Below, piece by piece: positions 1 through 8,390 of a stretch of DNA of 64,000 nucleotides (the first letter of the stretch is position 1; the number at the start of each line of letters is the position of its first letter). The stretch spans positions 55,271-119,270 of the forward strand of contig CALLZY010000042.1 of assembly GCA_937858715.1 (NCBI GenBank), written 5' to 3'. Source of the stretch: an uncultured Chitinophagaceae bacterium. GTDB taxonomy: Bacteria > Bacteroidota > Bacteroidia > Chitinophagales > Chitinophagaceae. The translations under genes and the position numbers were made by a program. A model generated the notes under the pieces. The model was not told the DNA's origin, did no database searches, and worked only from the letters and a program-made list of their open reading frames with translations.

Positions 1-1
1 A

Positions 2-730
2 CATCCTGTAGATAAGACAGACAACTACATAAAAAGATGCGTGGCTGTAGCCGGTGATTCGTTGAAGATCGTTAATGGAATCCTGTATATTAATAATGAA
101 AAGGCTTTTGTGTCACCTACATCAGCCACTTATTACTATTTCAATGCGACAAAATCATTAAGTGAATTTGACCTCAGGGATGCAGGCATATCGTTAAACC
201 AGAATGAGGATAATGCGATGGCTAACGATTTTCAGCCTGTAAGTGGTAATACATACAGGGTGAATCTTACACTTGGCGAAGTAGAAAAACTAAGAAAAAT
301 TAGTGGAGTGGAAGCTAATTCAGTTTTGCCTGAGATAGATTCTTCACGGTCGGGTCAGACTTTTCCTTATGACACAAACTACTTCCACAACACCCGTGAT
401 AACTTTGAAAGTATCTGGGTTCCTAAAAAAGGCGGAGTTATTCAGTTATCACCAAAGAATATTGCACTGTATAAAAGGTGTATTGCTTTCTACGAGGGCA
501 ATAAGTTCGAGGTTAGCAATGGTAAAGCGTATATAAACGGTAATGAAGCTACCAGCTACACCTTTAAGATGGATTATTATTGGATGATGGGTGATAACAG
601 GCATAAGTCACAGGACAGCCGCTACTGGGGTTTTGTACCTGAAGACAGAATTGTTGGCAAAGCCTGGCTCATCTGGTTCAGCTATGAGAATGGCCCCCGC
701 TGGAAACGGTTGTTCCGTATTGTAAAATAA
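2..730 (+). CDS. lepB: Signal peptidase I, 5'-truncated by the window edge
   Basis: Frame is open from base 2 (HPVDKTDNYIKRCVAVAGD, catalytic Lys box); C-terminal GDNRHKSQDSRYWGFVP box E. Confidence 0.95.
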   Translation, partial: HPVDKTDNYIKRCVAVAGDSLKIVNGILYINNEKAFVSPTSATYYYFNATKSLSEFDLRDAGISLNQNEDNAMANDFQPVSGNTYRVNLTLGEVEKLRKISGVEANSVLPEIDSSRSGQTFPYDTNYFHNTRDNFESIWVPKKGGVIQLSPKNIALYKRCIAFYEGNKFEVSNGKAYINGNEATSYTFKMDYYWMMGDNRHKSQDSRYWGFVPEDRIVGKAWLIWFSYENGPRWKRLFRIVK

Positions 731-746
731 AAAGTTGTACTTTTAT

Positions 747-773
747 ATGCCCCTGTTGACCACAGGGGCATTT
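747..773 (+). terminator. Probable intrinsic terminator after lepB
   Basis: ATGCCCCTGT-tgacc-ACAGGGGCAT stem followed by TTTGTGTCTTT. Confidence 0.6.
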
Positions 774-794
774 GTGTCTTTAACAGGATAGATT

Positions 795-1280
795 ATGAAG
801 GAAAAAAAGTTTGAATTCGCCTACAAGGTTTTTGATAATATCAGTGAGTTGAACGATGAAGATGCTTCATTGCTGGACAAGGCAAGAGAAGTTACCAAGC
901 AGGCCTATGCTCCGTATTCTAAATTTAATGTTGGTGCGGCTGCTTTATTACAAAATGGCGAACTAATTACAGGAACTAACCAGGAGAATGCCTCATACCC
1001 TGTTGGTATTTGCGCCGAAAGGGTTTTACTCGGTACTGTTGGCAATCTTTATCCCGGTGTTCCGGTTAAAACACTTGCTATCAGCTATGACAGCATTAAT
1101 GTAAAAAGCGACCATCCCATTTCACCATGTGGCATGTGCCGCCAGGCCATACACGAATATGAATTAAGGACTGAATCACCTATTCGCTTAATCCTGAGCG
1201 GTCAGGAAGGGAATGTGTTTATTATAGAAGATGCCAGCCAGTTGCTGCCTTTCGCATTCACCAGCGATGAGTTGAAATAG
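795..1280 (+). CDS. cdd: Cytidine deaminase
   Basis: AYAPYSKFNVGAA, ICAER and PCGMCRQ zinc motifs. Confidence 0.95.
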   Translation: MKEKKFEFAYKVFDNISELNDEDASLLDKAREVTKQAYAPYSKFNVGAAALLQNGELITGTNQENASYPVGICAERVLLGTVGNLYPGVPVKTLAISYDSINVKSDHPISPCGMCRQAIHEYELRTESPIRLILSGQEGNVFIIEDASQLLPFAFTSDELK

Positions 1281-1299
1281 AAAAATGAAATATCTTCTC

Positions 1300-1905
1300 T
1301 TAAAGGCGCTTGATAGTACAGCCCACTGATTTCGATTCTTTCACTGTTATATCTTTTCCGCCCAGCATTTCATCAATTGCCACTAACAGGTGTTTACGGG
1401 TAACAGCATTGGCATCTGATGGGTTATCGTCAATAGCTCCGTGGTAAACCAATTTACCATTGGCATCAAAAAGGAAACACTCCGGTGTGCGGTTGGCACC
1501 AAAAGCATCGGCCAGTTTATGGTTCTTGTCAACTAAGTACTTCCAGTGGTAACCCTGCGCATCGGCGTATTTTTTCATTTCGTCAAAAGAATCATCATCG
1601 CCTCTTTTTGCTTCGTTTGAGTTAAGCAGTGCCACACCCACACCCATACCGTTGGCATATTTGCACACTTCATAAGTGCGGGACTGGTTCTTAATTACAT
1701 AAGGACAGGTATTGCAGCTGAACATCACCAGCAATCCTTTTTCTGTTTTTACATCGCTGAGCGAAACTTCCTGGCCGGAAATGTCCTGCATCTTCACATC
1801 AGAAGAGGGGAGGGAGGCTCCCAGCGGTATCGGGTCTATAGCGGGTTTCAATGCCATAAAAATGATGGCGGCAACAGGCAGCAGGGCCAAAAGTATTTTC
1901 TTCAT
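1300..1905 (-). CDS. Exported thioredoxin-fold redoxin (AhpC/TSA-like)
   Basis: Signal peptide, CNTCPYV motif, TPECFLFD, YHGAIDD, C-terminal GCTIK. Confidence 0.85.
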   Translation of the reverse strand: MKKILLALLPVAAIIFMALKPAIDPIPLGASLPSSDVKMQDISGQEVSLSDVKTEKGLLVMFSCNTCPYVIKNQSRTYEVCKYANGMGVGVALLNSNEAKRGDDDSFDEMKKYADAQGYHWKYLVDKNHKLADAFGANRTPECFLFDANGKLVYHGAIDDNPSDANAVTRKHLLVAIDEMLGGKDITVKESKSVGCTIKRL

Positions 1906-1947
1906 GGTTTTTATTTTTGTATTTCCAAATATCGTTAATCAGGCTGA

Positions 1948-2901
1948 TTATGCGTTACCATTTGCAGAATTTTCTGCCCTTTCATCGGCAATTTTTTTCA
2001 GCGATGTGATGCTTACGTTCAGCTCAAAACCTATCAGCAGCACCAGCGAGTTGATGAAGATTAAAATCATCAGTATCAACACCGTTCCGATGGAGCCATA
2101 GAGCTGGTTGTAGTTGCCAAACCTTGTTACCCACCAGGAAAAGAGCAATGTCATCAGCAGCATCAGTACGGTGGCCAGTATGGAGCCGGGGTTTATCAGC
2201 GGCCACTTCTTATGCACAGCCGGGGCATGCCGGTAGATATACGAGATACTGGCGAAAAACAGCAGCACAATCACCAGCCACCTTGCATTGCGGATGATGG
2301 CCAGCACAGTTTCATTCTCCACGCCTAAGTATTCAAGCACGGCACCACGGGCAATTAACAAAAGAATGGAAGCGAACACCAGCACATACAATATCATGGT
2401 GATTTTAATCGCCACCCACCGCATATGCAGGCCCTTCCTTTTTTTAAAGCCAATATAGTTTTTGTCGAACGAACGCATGATGCCCATCATGGCGTTTGAA
2501 GAAAAGTACATAGACAGTGCCACACCCACTGATAATAATTCGTTTCTCGGCTTGTTGATGAAATCCTGGAGGAAGCCGATCAGGTTGGCGTTGTCCTTCT
2601 CGCCTGGTATCACATCCTTTATCAGTCCGAACAGTTCGGCCTGGAATTGTTGGGTAATCGGCAGGTAGGGGATTAAGGTAAACAGGAAGATGATAGCTGG
2701 TGGTATTGCCATTACAAAGTTGAACGAAATGGCCGAAGCCCTCTCCGTCATCCCGATGGTTTTTACCTGCTGCACAAAAAAGTTCACCACATCAAACAGC
2801 GGAATACCCCTGAAGCCCGGCAGCGATGTTTCCTTGCTCTTTTGTATCACCTGCTTTACAGGAGTAATACCAGCCAGTTTATTTCCAATCTTATTTATCA
2901 A
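1948..2901 (-). CDS. YihY/virulence factor BrkB family membrane protein
   Basis: Multiple TM segments, YNQLYGSIGTVLILM motif; exact start uncertain. Confidence 0.9.
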   Translation of the reverse strand: MINKIGNKLAGITPVKQVIQKSKETSLPGFRGIPLFDVVNFFVQQVKTIGMTERASAISFNFVMAIPPAIIFLFTLIPYLPITQQFQAELFGLIKDVIPGEKDNANLIGFLQDFINKPRNELLSVGVALSMYFSSNAMMGIMRSFDKNYIGFKKRKGLHMRWVAIKITMILYVLVFASILLLIARGAVLEYLGVENETVLAIIRNARWLVIVLLFFASISYIYRHAPAVHKKWPLINPGSILATVLMLLMTLLFSWWVTRFGNYNQLYGSIGTVLILMILIFINSLVLLIGFELNVSITSLKKIADERAENSANGNA

Positions 2902-3946
2902 GTGCAGCGTTTTTTTCTTTCTCTTTCCGTGCAGCGGTGCGGCGGTTCAGTTCCTGCTGGTACAGCTTTGCATACTTCATGTGGTCGTTGTAGTTGGTGG
3001 TAAATATGCTGCTGCCGTCAAACTGGCTGCTGGCTACAAAATAAAGGTATCCGGTTTTCGGCGCATTCAGCACCATGTCAATCGTTTCCCTGGCCGGTGT
3101 GCAAATGGGGCCGGGGGGCAGGCCCTCATGCTGGTAAGTATTAAAAGGCGATTTCGTTTCTAAGTGGGCATTCAGTATGCGGGTAAGGCCAAAATCTTTC
3201 AGTGCAAACTTAATGGTGGGGCAGGCCTGCAGTTTCATTCCTGTGTTCAGGCGGTTCAGGTAAGTGCTGGCAATATTTATCTTGTCGGCCTTTACATTGG
3301 TTTCCTCTTCCACTATCGAGGCAAGGGTAACCACCTGCAGCGGTGTCATGTTCAGGTTTTTGGCTTTGGCCTTTCTTTCTTCTGTCCAGAATTTGGTATA
3401 GGCGTTGTAAAACTGCTGCACTAATTTTTCAGGGCTGCTGTTCCATTTGTTTATGTATGTGTCGGGCAGCAGCAGGGCCATCACGGTATTGCTGTCCACG
3501 CCAAATTTTTGCAGCGAGTCGTTGTTGTTCAGGTAGTGCATCATTTGCAGCGAGTCGAAAATAAAATCGTAGCGCCTGCCGGTGCCCACTTTTCCGGCAA
3601 AGGCCTCTTTGGTTCTTTCTTTGTTCACCACCACTTTTACCTGCTCCTGGTTGCCGTTGCGCAGCATACGCACCAGGGCAAAAGCACTCATGCCATCTTT
3701 CAGTTTGTAGCGGCCCGGGCGGGGATTGCTGAAGCGCAGCAACTTGCAGGCAAGGCCATAGCCGCTGCCACTTATATAGTTGCTGTCTTTAAGCTGCCGG
3801 GTAAGGGTGGCCATGTCTGTGCCGGGGTAGATGTACAAAAAGCTGTTTTGCTTATTGTGCACTGCGGGGCGCATCACCTTAAAGGCAACAAAGCCGGCCG
3901 CAACCGCCAGCAACAGCACAGCACCAATAATTATCTTTTTTAGCAT
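2891..3946 (-). CDS. mltG: Endolytic transglycosylase MltG
   Basis: N-terminal anchor, LASIVEEET, YLNRLNTGMKLQACPT, SPFNTY..GLPPGPI, YLYFV. Confidence 0.95.
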   Translation of the reverse strand: MLKKIIIGAVLLLAVAAGFVAFKVMRPAVHNKQNSFLYIYPGTDMATLTRQLKDSNYISGSGYGLACKLLRFSNPRPGRYKLKDGMSAFALVRMLRNGNQEQVKVVVNKERTKEAFAGKVGTGRRYDFIFDSLQMMHYLNNNDSLQKFGVDSNTVMALLLPDTYINKWNSSPEKLVQQFYNAYTKFWTEERKAKAKNLNMTPLQVVTLASIVEEETNVKADKINIASTYLNRLNTGMKLQACPTIKFALKDFGLTRILNAHLETKSPFNTYQHEGLPPGPICTPARETIDMVLNAPKTGYLYFVASSQFDGSSIFTTNYNDHMKYAKLYQQELNRRTAARKEKEKNAALDK

Positions 3947-3948
3947 GG

Positions 3949-3957
3949 GGCAAAGGT
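3949..3957 (-). promoter_or_regulatory. Bacteroidota -7 promoter box immediately upstream of mltG
   Basis: Minus strand reads TACCTTTG (TAnnTTTG) 3 nt before the ATG. Confidence 0.55.
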
Positions 3958-3996
3958 AATGTTAGTTGTTGCTGCAATTTACTTGCTTATAGTTAA

Positions 3997-4686
3997 TTAT
4001 GAAGGGGTGGGGAGTATGGTTTCGGTTTTTGATTTTGCAGATGCGGGGTCGATGATGATGCGGTTGTTTTTGTAGTTGAGATAAAATTCGGGATGGGTTG
4101 ATTTGAAGAGGAGAACCAGTTTGTCCATGCGGTAGCGCAGCAGGTTGCCTGCCTGGCGGAAGAGTGTGACGAGTGCGGTTCCCTGTGCGGACCTGTTGCT
4201 TACAGCGTTGCGGGGTTCGGGTGCTGCGGATTCGTAGGCCAGGATTGCGGTCATGAACTCGTCGAGGCGGGACTGAGAGATACCATATGCTGAAAGTGCG
4301 GGCAGGTTTTCAGTGGCGGCTGCATGAATATTGCGGCAGATGGCGGGGAGCAGCAAATCCTTCTTCCGCATTAAAGTGGTGTAAGAGAAATTTACCTTAT
4401 ACCTGAGTTCCATATTGCCGGATGCAACGGCACTGGCGAAGACGGCAGCCGCAACGGTGGTGGCGGCGGTGCTTACTGTTTTTTTCTTTTGGGTTTTATC
4501 TTCGGTGACACCGAGGATAACGAGGATTTCGGCACGGGCTGCGGCCCTGATGGCATCAACCAATGAGGTGAACTCGGCAGTTGCCTGTTGAAAAGCGGGG
4601 ACGGTGGCGATGACAGCAGTGTTTGCGGCGCAGTAAGTGCTTACTGCATTGAACATACCAAGCCTTGCTTCCTGTTTTGCATTCAT
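3997..4686 (-). CDS. Conserved Bacteroidota hypothetical protein, Ala-rich and helical
   Basis: 229-aa ORF resembling a recurrent Bacteroidota family (MN.KQE...MF.AV...; MDKLV..FK..HPEFY..YK..R.IIDP); visibly more GC-rich than its neighbours. Confidence 0.75.
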   Translation of the reverse strand: MNAKQEARLGMFNAVSTYCAANTAVIATVPAFQQATAEFTSLVDAIRAAARAEILVILGVTEDKTQKKKTVSTAATTVAAAVFASAVASGNMELRYKVNFSYTTLMRKKDLLLPAICRNIHAAATENLPALSAYGISQSRLDEFMTAILAYESAAPEPRNAVSNRSAQGTALVTLFRQAGNLLRYRMDKLVLLFKSTHPEFYLNYKNNRIIIDPASAKSKTETILPTPS

Positions 4687-4723
4687 AGTTTAAGGTTTAG
4701 AGGAGAATGTTATGATTACAGAA

Positions 4724-4772
4724 CAAATTTACCAGATGACAGAGTCTTTTGCAATACCACTTAAGTGGTATT
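4724..4772 (-). promoter_or_regulatory. Promoter (-7 TAAATTTG, -33 TTGC) with a perfect 20-bp palindromic operator
   Basis: AATACCACTTAAGTGGTATT at 4753-4772; -7 box at 4724-4731; same layout at 31983-32031. Confidence 0.7.
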
Positions 4773-4830
4773 CTTATTAGCAAGTTGTTAATGTTTTAAA
4801 GACAGAGAGACATGCTTTAGAGGCATGGGC

Positions 4831-5049
4831 GTATGCTTGACAGACAAAGTTCTTTGCTTAGCAGACAGAATCGTATGCTTAGCAGGCAAAGTCGTATGCT
4901 TGATTGACAAAGTCGTATGCTTGACAGGCAAAGTCGTATGCTTGACAGACAAAGTCGTATGCTTGACAGACAAAGTCGTATGCTTGACAGATAAAGTGGT
5001 ATGCTTAACAGACAAAATGGTATGCTTAACAGACAAAGTTGTATGCTTG
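4831..5049. repeat. 21-bp tandem repeat, 10 full copies plus 1 partial (consensus GTATGCTTGACAGACAAAGTC)
   Basis: Units start at 4831, 4852, 4873, 4894, 4915, 4936, 4957, 4978, 4999, 5020, 5041; degenerate units extend back to ~4789. Confidence 0.97.
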
Positions 5050-5108
5050 GTTGTAAATGGCTTATGACAGGCTGAAAGTGAGTGTTTTGGGTGGAATGGG
5101 GTTGTTTT

Positions 5109-5224
5109 TTAACCGCAAAGGGAATACAAGGAACACTGAGGACACGGAGAAGGCACGGAGTTGCACGGAGGGTTTCTGTATTTTCTCTGTGGTTCTCTGG
5201 GTTTGCTCTGCGTGGCTCTGTGTA
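5109..5224. repeat. Long imperfect palindrome built from ~9-bp CACGGAG/CTCTGTG units
   Basis: Left arm aaccgcaaag..acactgag gacacggag..gcacggag ttgcacggag; right arm ctctgtgg ttctctgg..ctctgcgtg gctctgtg. Confidence 0.7.
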
Positions 5225-5329
5225 AGTATTTTTTGTGTTGGAAGTTGAGAGATTGGCGATTGCTATCGGCTCACAAGAAGCAATTTATTGCCGCAGGCAT
5301 GGCATTGTCCATGCCTTTATTATTTTTTT

Positions 5330-5545
5330 TTATTTACTTTTTGGCATTGCCCTCCCGATTTTCATCGGGACAGGCGCCAAGTAACAAAAAGGTCTAGGCA
5401 AACCCGAACGGCTCCGCCCGTTTTGCCGGCCAGCGCACAGTAGAGGCTTTAACTATGAGATTGTTTATTGTTGGCAAGGGGATTGCTTGAGACCCTGCTG
5501 CTTGTTATGCTGGACAACGAAAGGCGCTGTGCCCCGCCTTGAAAG
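5330..5545. repeat. Structured dispersed-type repeat with an inserted TCCCGAT-N4-ATCGGGA palindrome
   Basis: tttactttttggc..gccaagtaacaaaaa arms interrupted at 5353-5370; GC-rich stems gcgcacag..ctgtgc; boundaries approximate. Confidence 0.45.
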
Positions 5546-5696
5546 TGTTTATAGTATTGTATGGATTTAAGTACGGCGGTTCCGCCGGGAGGCGGACACG
5601 GCATAGCGCTTTGAATGGCTGAACCGTTGTTGCGGTTTTGGAAAGCTGTAAATTTGGTGACGGGTTGGTGAAGGAGTGTTAGAGGATGAATTACCA

Positions 5697-5747
5697 GCGT
5701 CCCTACAAGGCACATGGCCAGTGAAGGAGACGCCGGGCGGGAAAAAA
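5697..5747 (+). repeat. Cassette-leader element, copy 1
   Basis: GCGTCCCT-acaaggcacatggccagtga-AGGAGACGCCGGGCGGGAAAAAA, followed 3 nt later by an ATG at 5751. Confidence 0.75.
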
Positions 5748-5750
5748 CTA

Positions 5751-5939
5751 ATGAAAAAAGTAGAGGCTATTGTGTGGTCTGATTTGAAGGTTGGCGACAA
5801 ATGGGTGCCCTCTATAGATCGTATTGATGCGACATTGGATGATCGGAAAAAATATTTTGAAAATAATCGATCTCCAGGGTTAGAACCACCAAAGAAAGAG
5901 AAAGAGAGTCCAAAGAAGAACTCAAAATCTTTAAATTAA
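5751..5939 (+). other. Short ORF or gene remnant (62 aa), possibly the C-terminal tail of a captured gene
   Basis: Starts right after element copy 1; Lys/Pro-rich tail; stop 11 nt before the next gene. Confidence 0.35.
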
Positions 5940-5950
5940 ATGCAGTTAAA

Positions 5951-6619
5951 ATGAAAATTACTTTTGTATTATTAAGCCTTTTATTTTCTTCGGTTGGCCA
6001 TACTCAAAGATTTTCATTGGAGCATATTAATAAAAAAAAGTATTGCCCAGACTTTTTATATGCTGAAGTGGATTGCTTAATGAAACTAAAAACCAGAGAC
6101 AAAAAAATTGACTTAGCTACGATTGACCTTTCGGGAGAGACTACATCTGTAAGAAAAGTCAATGATAGTGTGTATAGTGTTAGACCATTGGTATTAAATT
6201 CTGAAATAACTATTACTGTTATTGACAATAATTCTTACAAAGTAATTGACTCTGTTTTGATTAGAAGCGGTGACTACCCTTTTAAGTTTGGAATTACACA
6301 GTTGAATATAAGAGATATGGCGCATTCATATAGGGACATTTTTTCTCAAATGAAAAGGCTTTATTTTTACTCTCTCAATAAGGAGTGTATGGATTATGCA
6401 AGCATATGGCAGGTTATCTCATATGAGCTTGTACTTAAAAGGGGAAGTTCATCAATACTAAGAATTAGGATGCATGGCAACGAGGTAATACCTAATAAGT
6501 TTAAGCAAAACCTGATTATGAAATTCCAGCAGGAAGATGTATTAATGGCTCAAAATATTCATTTGAAGAACTCTATTGGTGAATGTATTAGAGTTGATAG
6601 TTATGGAGTATATAAGTAG
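5951..6619 (+). CDS. Exported hypothetical protein with GldM C-terminal-like segments
   Basis: Signal peptide; FLYAEVDCLMKL and VISYELVLKRG..GNE..NKF...KFQQEDVLMAQNIHLK resemble GldM Ig-like domains (by eye). Confidence 0.7.
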   Translation: MKITFVLLSLLFSSVGHTQRFSLEHINKKKYCPDFLYAEVDCLMKLKTRDKKIDLATIDLSGETTSVRKVNDSVYSVRPLVLNSEITITVIDNNSYKVIDSVLIRSGDYPFKFGITQLNIRDMAHSYRDIFSQMKRLYFYSLNKECMDYASIWQVISYELVLKRGSSSILRIRMHGNEVIPNKFKQNLIMKFQQEDVLMAQNIHLKNSIGECIRVDSYGVYK

Positions 6620-6658
6620 AGGTATTAGCCCTTGCTGGTGTTCTGCAAAAAGCAGTAC

Positions 6659-6820
6659 GCCGCTGTCATGTCTACGGCAGATAAATTGTGTTTTTCGCAG
6701 CCGAGTGTTCGTTGAACTTTCATAGGCGATGTGTCGAATGGCTATGTGAGTTTCTCCATGCCGAGTGTCGGTTCAACGCAACTTCATAGGCGTAGTCTCG
6801 GCGTATAGCTATTTGTGATT
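6659..6820. repeat. Two or three tandem ~60-bp imperfect repeats with GCCG(AG)...(CT)CGGC hairpins
   Basis: gccgagtgt..ttcataggcg..gctat.tgtga.tt at 6700 and 6760; shorter related unit at 6659. Confidence 0.7.
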
Positions 6821-6826
6821 TGGCTG

Positions 6827-6862
6827 CCGGACTCAGGATGTAACAATACCGGTTTTTTTTAT
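6827..6862 (+). terminator. Possible terminator closing the + strand cassette
   Basis: ccgg..ccgg stem followed by a run of T. Confidence 0.4.
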
Positions 6863-6963
6863 ATCTTATTTTTTTAATTTGCGATAACCTTTGAGTAATA
6901 TTTATTATTGTTGCTAATAAACTTAAGAATAAAAGTAGGACAGGCTAAGCACACAGGAACAGT

Positions 6964-7746
6964 TTAAAAGGAGTTTTTACAAATACCTTCAGATAATAAA
7001 TACTCTCCGAAGCTTAAAAAATTCAGTTTTAGCAAATCGTCCACTTTAACATTAGTATTTTTATATTCATCGAACAATAGTTTAAGTGAATTGCAGTTCA
7101 ACTGTAAGCTGAAAACTAAGTCTTTATCAAGTGTAATCATCACTGACCTTTTTAAATCAATAATATTCCCTTTTGTGCCCTCCCCCTCACACGACATGAC
7201 AACATATTGTGGAATAAAATGACTATCGCAAACAGAGACTACGAATTGTGTTCTACTAATAATTTTATTGAACTTAAAAAGCGTATCATTTTCAATGTAA
7301 CTGATAAACAGGTTGTCTTTTGCATTTACTGTTGAAATCGCAATACCCATTAGCATTGATCCGGGATAGGGGATGCCATCAAATTTTACATCTTCTTTTG
7401 AATCGCCATTTGAACTGTACACAGCGCCAATTAACATATTTTCTTTCTTGGAGTAAAAAGATTGAAAATTTCTTGCATCAAGTTTTGAATAATACAGCTT
7501 TGTCTTAACCAGTGTCCCATTTTTATCTGAATATCTTTTTACTGCAAATTTCTCGCCTAATTGGTTATTCCATTTTTTGACACTTGTTTTTTTAATAACG
7601 CCGTTCACATCATTCGGAAATCCTAAATCAAAAACGGGCTGATTTTGTACAAACACTGAGTCTAGTAAATTAAGTGTAAATAATTTTTGACAGAAACAAT
7701 TAGCAGAAAATGTGGCTGCGACTATTAGTAGTGTTACTCTTTTCAT
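6964..7746 (-). CDS. Exported hypothetical protein (cassette cargo)
   Basis: 260-aa AT-rich ORF with a signal-peptide-like N-terminus. Confidence 0.75.
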   Translation of the reverse strand: MKRVTLLIVAATFSANCFCQKLFTLNLLDSVFVQNQPVFDLGFPNDVNGVIKKTSVKKWNNQLGEKFAVKRYSDKNGTLVKTKLYYSKLDARNFQSFYSKKENMLIGAVYSSNGDSKEDVKFDGIPYPGSMLMGIAISTVNAKDNLFISYIENDTLFKFNKIISRTQFVVSVCDSHFIPQYVVMSCEGEGTKGNIIDLKRSVMITLDKDLVFSLQLNCNSLKLLFDEYKNTNVKVDDLLKLNFLSFGEYLLSEGICKNSF

Positions 7747-7767
7747 TGTTTAAAGTTTGATTCCGAG

Positions 7768-7823
7768 TTTTTTTTCGCCCCTGCATCTTCCATGCTGCAG
7801 ACTTGTGCCAGTCAGGAACGCCG
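7768..7823 (-). repeat. Cassette-leader element, copy 2
   Basis: Minus strand CGGCGTTCCTGACTGGCACAAGTCTGCAGCATGGAAGATGCAGGGGCGAAAAAAAA, ~22 nt before the ATG at 7746. Confidence 0.85.
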
Positions 7824-7869
7824 AGTCCGCTACACACAAGGCTGGTCAATGAGACTCGGCTGGGAAGAG
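7821..7869. repeat. Extension module A, copy 1 (49 bp, identical to 8441-8489)
   Basis: CCGAGTCCGCTACACACAAGGCTGGTCAATGAGACTCGGCTGGGAAGAG; CCGAGTC/GACTCGG stem. Confidence 0.95.
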
Positions 7870-8382
7870 GGAGACACCGGGCGGAAAAATTTCATATAAT
7901 CCGCTGCCATCAAATTCAAACTCACTATTCGTTCCTGGTGCTAAAATTACTCCACATTGATGCTCTCCAAAATTTTTCTGAAACTGTTCCCAATAACCTT
8001 TATTCAATAACTCTGTTTCTCCTTCAACTAGCTTGTCATAATTAAATAGATTTATGAAGTCTATGAAAATAGATTTTTCGATAATTACTACAAGTCCAGA
8101 ATCTGTTGAAAAGTTTCGGGCATTAATATTCTCATCATTGCTCTTTTTAATATCACTCACTTTTATACTTGCCAATAAGTTTCCAGAATTAATGGATATT
8201 ATGGCAAACGGAGCTTCTGTATAAGGAAATATCTTGCTTTTGATCTCCTCTTCTATATCGTTAGCAATTGAAGTATTTGACAATTCTTCTTTTATTCTGC
8301 CAAGATATAATGCGTCAATAACGTAGTAAGACTTGCCCACCTCTATTGAAATATCTTCTCCATGTAATGAAATATTAGCCAT
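7846..8382 (-). CDS. Acidic cytoplasmic hypothetical protein (cassette cargo)
   Basis: Likely start MANISLHGED at 8382; the longer ORF start lies inside repeats; the C-terminus reads into repeat DNA. Confidence 0.7.
   Translation of the reverse strand: MANISLHGEDISIEVGKSYYVIDALYLGRIKEELSNTSIANDIEEEIKSKIFPYTEAPFAIISINSGNLLASIKVSDIKKSNDENINARNFSTDSGLVVIIEKSIFIDFINLFNYDKLVEGETELLNKGYWEQFQKNFGEHQCGVILAPGTNSEFEFDGSGLYEIFPPGVSLFPAESH
7868..7889 (+). repeat. Half copy of the cassette-leader element in inverted orientation
   Basis: GGAGACACCGGGCGGAAAAA matches the 3' half of the other copies. Confidence 0.75.
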
Positions 8383-8390
8383 CTTAAAGG

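Noticed and set aside
1712-3943. Plus-strand ORFs overlapping the redoxin, brkB and mltG genes
   Set aside because: Antisense shadows of well-supported genes with no recognisable motifs
4831-5049. CRISPR array
   Set aside because: Units are contiguous with no unique spacers, and there are no cas genes in the window
4831-5049. DGR template/variable repeat pair
   Set aside because: Substitutions affect G and C as well as A, and no reverse transcriptase is present; the four-helix-bundle gene at 59289 is 54 kb away with no RT or TR
5057-5800. Short ORFs at 5057, 5161, 5449, 5567 and the upstream part of 5676
   Set aside because: They are translations of palindromic repeat DNA, not credible genes
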